From Octopus vulgaris (taxonomy: Eukaryota), in contig OX597815.1 of NCBI GenBank assembly GCA_951406725.2, positions 40,982,001-41,046,000 of the forward strand: 64,000 nt of DNA, in the 5' to 3' direction. Positions 62,712 through 64,000 of this stretch are shown here, in pieces (position 1 is the stretch's first letter; each line of letters starts with the position of its first letter). Position numbers and translations under genes: made by a program. The notes beneath the pieces were generated by a model that was given only the letters and a program-made list of their open reading frames with translations, was not told the DNA's origin and did no database searches.

Positions 62712-62808
62712 ATGATATGATGATGATGATGATGATGATGATGATAACGACAGCGCCGATGCCGACGACAACGATGAGGATGATGATGATGATGATGATG
62801 ATTATGAT
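62712..62808. repeat. (GAT)n microsatellite (RTE-type tail)
   Basis: Directly visible; source of the poly-Met and poly-Ile ORFs. Confidence 0.9.
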
Positions 62809-63331
62809 CGGAGTCAACAAAGTAAGAAAACTTAAAATGAGCACTTCAGGTTTTGCTACCATAGAACAGACTATGGTGGATGAATCTACCAATATTGATA
62901 ATAAAAACGATTGTAAACTATTCTAAGAATGGTGCTAATGGTTATGTAAGGGCACTAATGGTCAAGGACCATGCACATGTATGGGCAGGTCCGACCAAGA
63001 CCTTTATGAGGAAGGCTAGCTGTTCCTCATGCATATATCTCACCTGTCAATGCTACCAATGTTTACCGAAGGGAGAGACCGCTGACTTGGTTAGAAAAAG
63101 TTTTGTTCCAGTATCTTTGCAGGAGTTTCTGTCAGAAGAATGTGAAGAACTGTAACAGATACTGGAAGACAACTTGTCTGATCCTGCTAATTGACTACTC
63201 ATAGGTTGTTACTTTTTTACAACTCAAAACAAATTTTGCAAGCGCCAATTTTATTCAACGCTCTAATGACACCACCAATTTATTTCCATTGTTTGTGGCT
63301 AAGACTAAAGAGATTCTATTCAGTGAATTAA

Positions 63332-63552
63332 CCATTTAGCATTCAGATTACTCTGCCTAATGTATTGCTTTTTTTATTCACATTGTTTTGAATTAATCAT
63401 TTGTTATCATGTAGCTTTGAGATTTCGATGATGTGATTGATTATGTTTAGAATGACTTTGTAGATTAGGTGTGAGAAGCCAGATACAGCCCGTTTGAGCA
63501 TAAAGTAGGAAGAATATTTGGTGCAAATGTGGTCGGTTTAAATGCTAAAGGG
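63332..63552. mobile_element. piggyBac-like MITE
   Basis: ttaa-CCATTTAGCATT...AATGCTAAAGGG-tcaa; related to 48101-48310. Confidence 0.65.
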
Positions 63553-64000
63553 TCAAACTACTGTAGCAGGTGTTTATAGTAGACAGTGGAATTTTTGTTA
63601 CACATGAATAAATATAAACCTAATTTTTGTCTTAACATCACTCATTTTTGCTTCATTTTAAAGCCAAAATCTTGAAAGTAAATTTTCGATGCAACAATAG
63701 TGAGTTTAGATTCTTAAAGTTGTGTTTCATTGATTGGCATAAGAAGAGACAAATCAAATTTGTGAATCCATTTTACAAATATTCTTGAATCAGTTACACC
63801 AACTTTCTGGTCCAGTTATATCACATCAATACTACCTGAAGTTACCCAAGTCGTTTTCTCTTTCATCCAATTCAACAGGCTTCTGTACAAAATGGCTGCA
63901 TGAAATATTTCACTTGACATAATCATTATTTCATATTTCAAACTAGTTCTTGCATCACTGAAGTTAAGCTGAACTCTAGCTTTTCATTCTTCTTTATTTT

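Noticed and set aside
62689-62926. Poly-Met and poly-Ile ORFs
   Set aside because: Artefacts of the (GAT)n microsatellite.

Overview
AT-rich, repeat-dense eukaryotic (metazoan) DNA. The SINE/RTE repertoire looks like an Octopus (cephalopod) genome, but this is inference from recalled repeat sequences. The one host gene I can reconstruct is a minus-strand inhibitor-of-apoptosis (IAP/BIRC) gene with six coding exons (49692-48672, 38680-38499, 37026-36924, 35722-35591, 34596-34447, 32169-31973). All introns are GT-AG with compatible phases, giving 594 aa: one degenerate BIR, three canonical BIRs, a UBA and a C-terminal RING, with no CARD. Parts of the gene have been re-copied. Bases 1-2563 are a near-identical, BIR-less duplicate of 35416-37977 that runs off the left edge, and 46243-46618 is an intronic copy of the BIR2-BIR3 coding segment. 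The rest is decayed mobile DNA: CR1, RTE, R4/Dong, CRE-like and Penelope retroelements, a Gypsy-like LTR/gag remnant, mariner and hAT transposase relics, piggyBac-like MITEs, many SINEs, and several GG-ended MITEs with 8-9 bp TSDs (Merlin-like), some carrying telomere-type TAACCC repeats. No prokaryotic features, CRISPR arrays or rRNA were seen. Coordinates were read by eye: exon and TSD boundaries were checked base by base, while the ends of decayed repeats are approximate.
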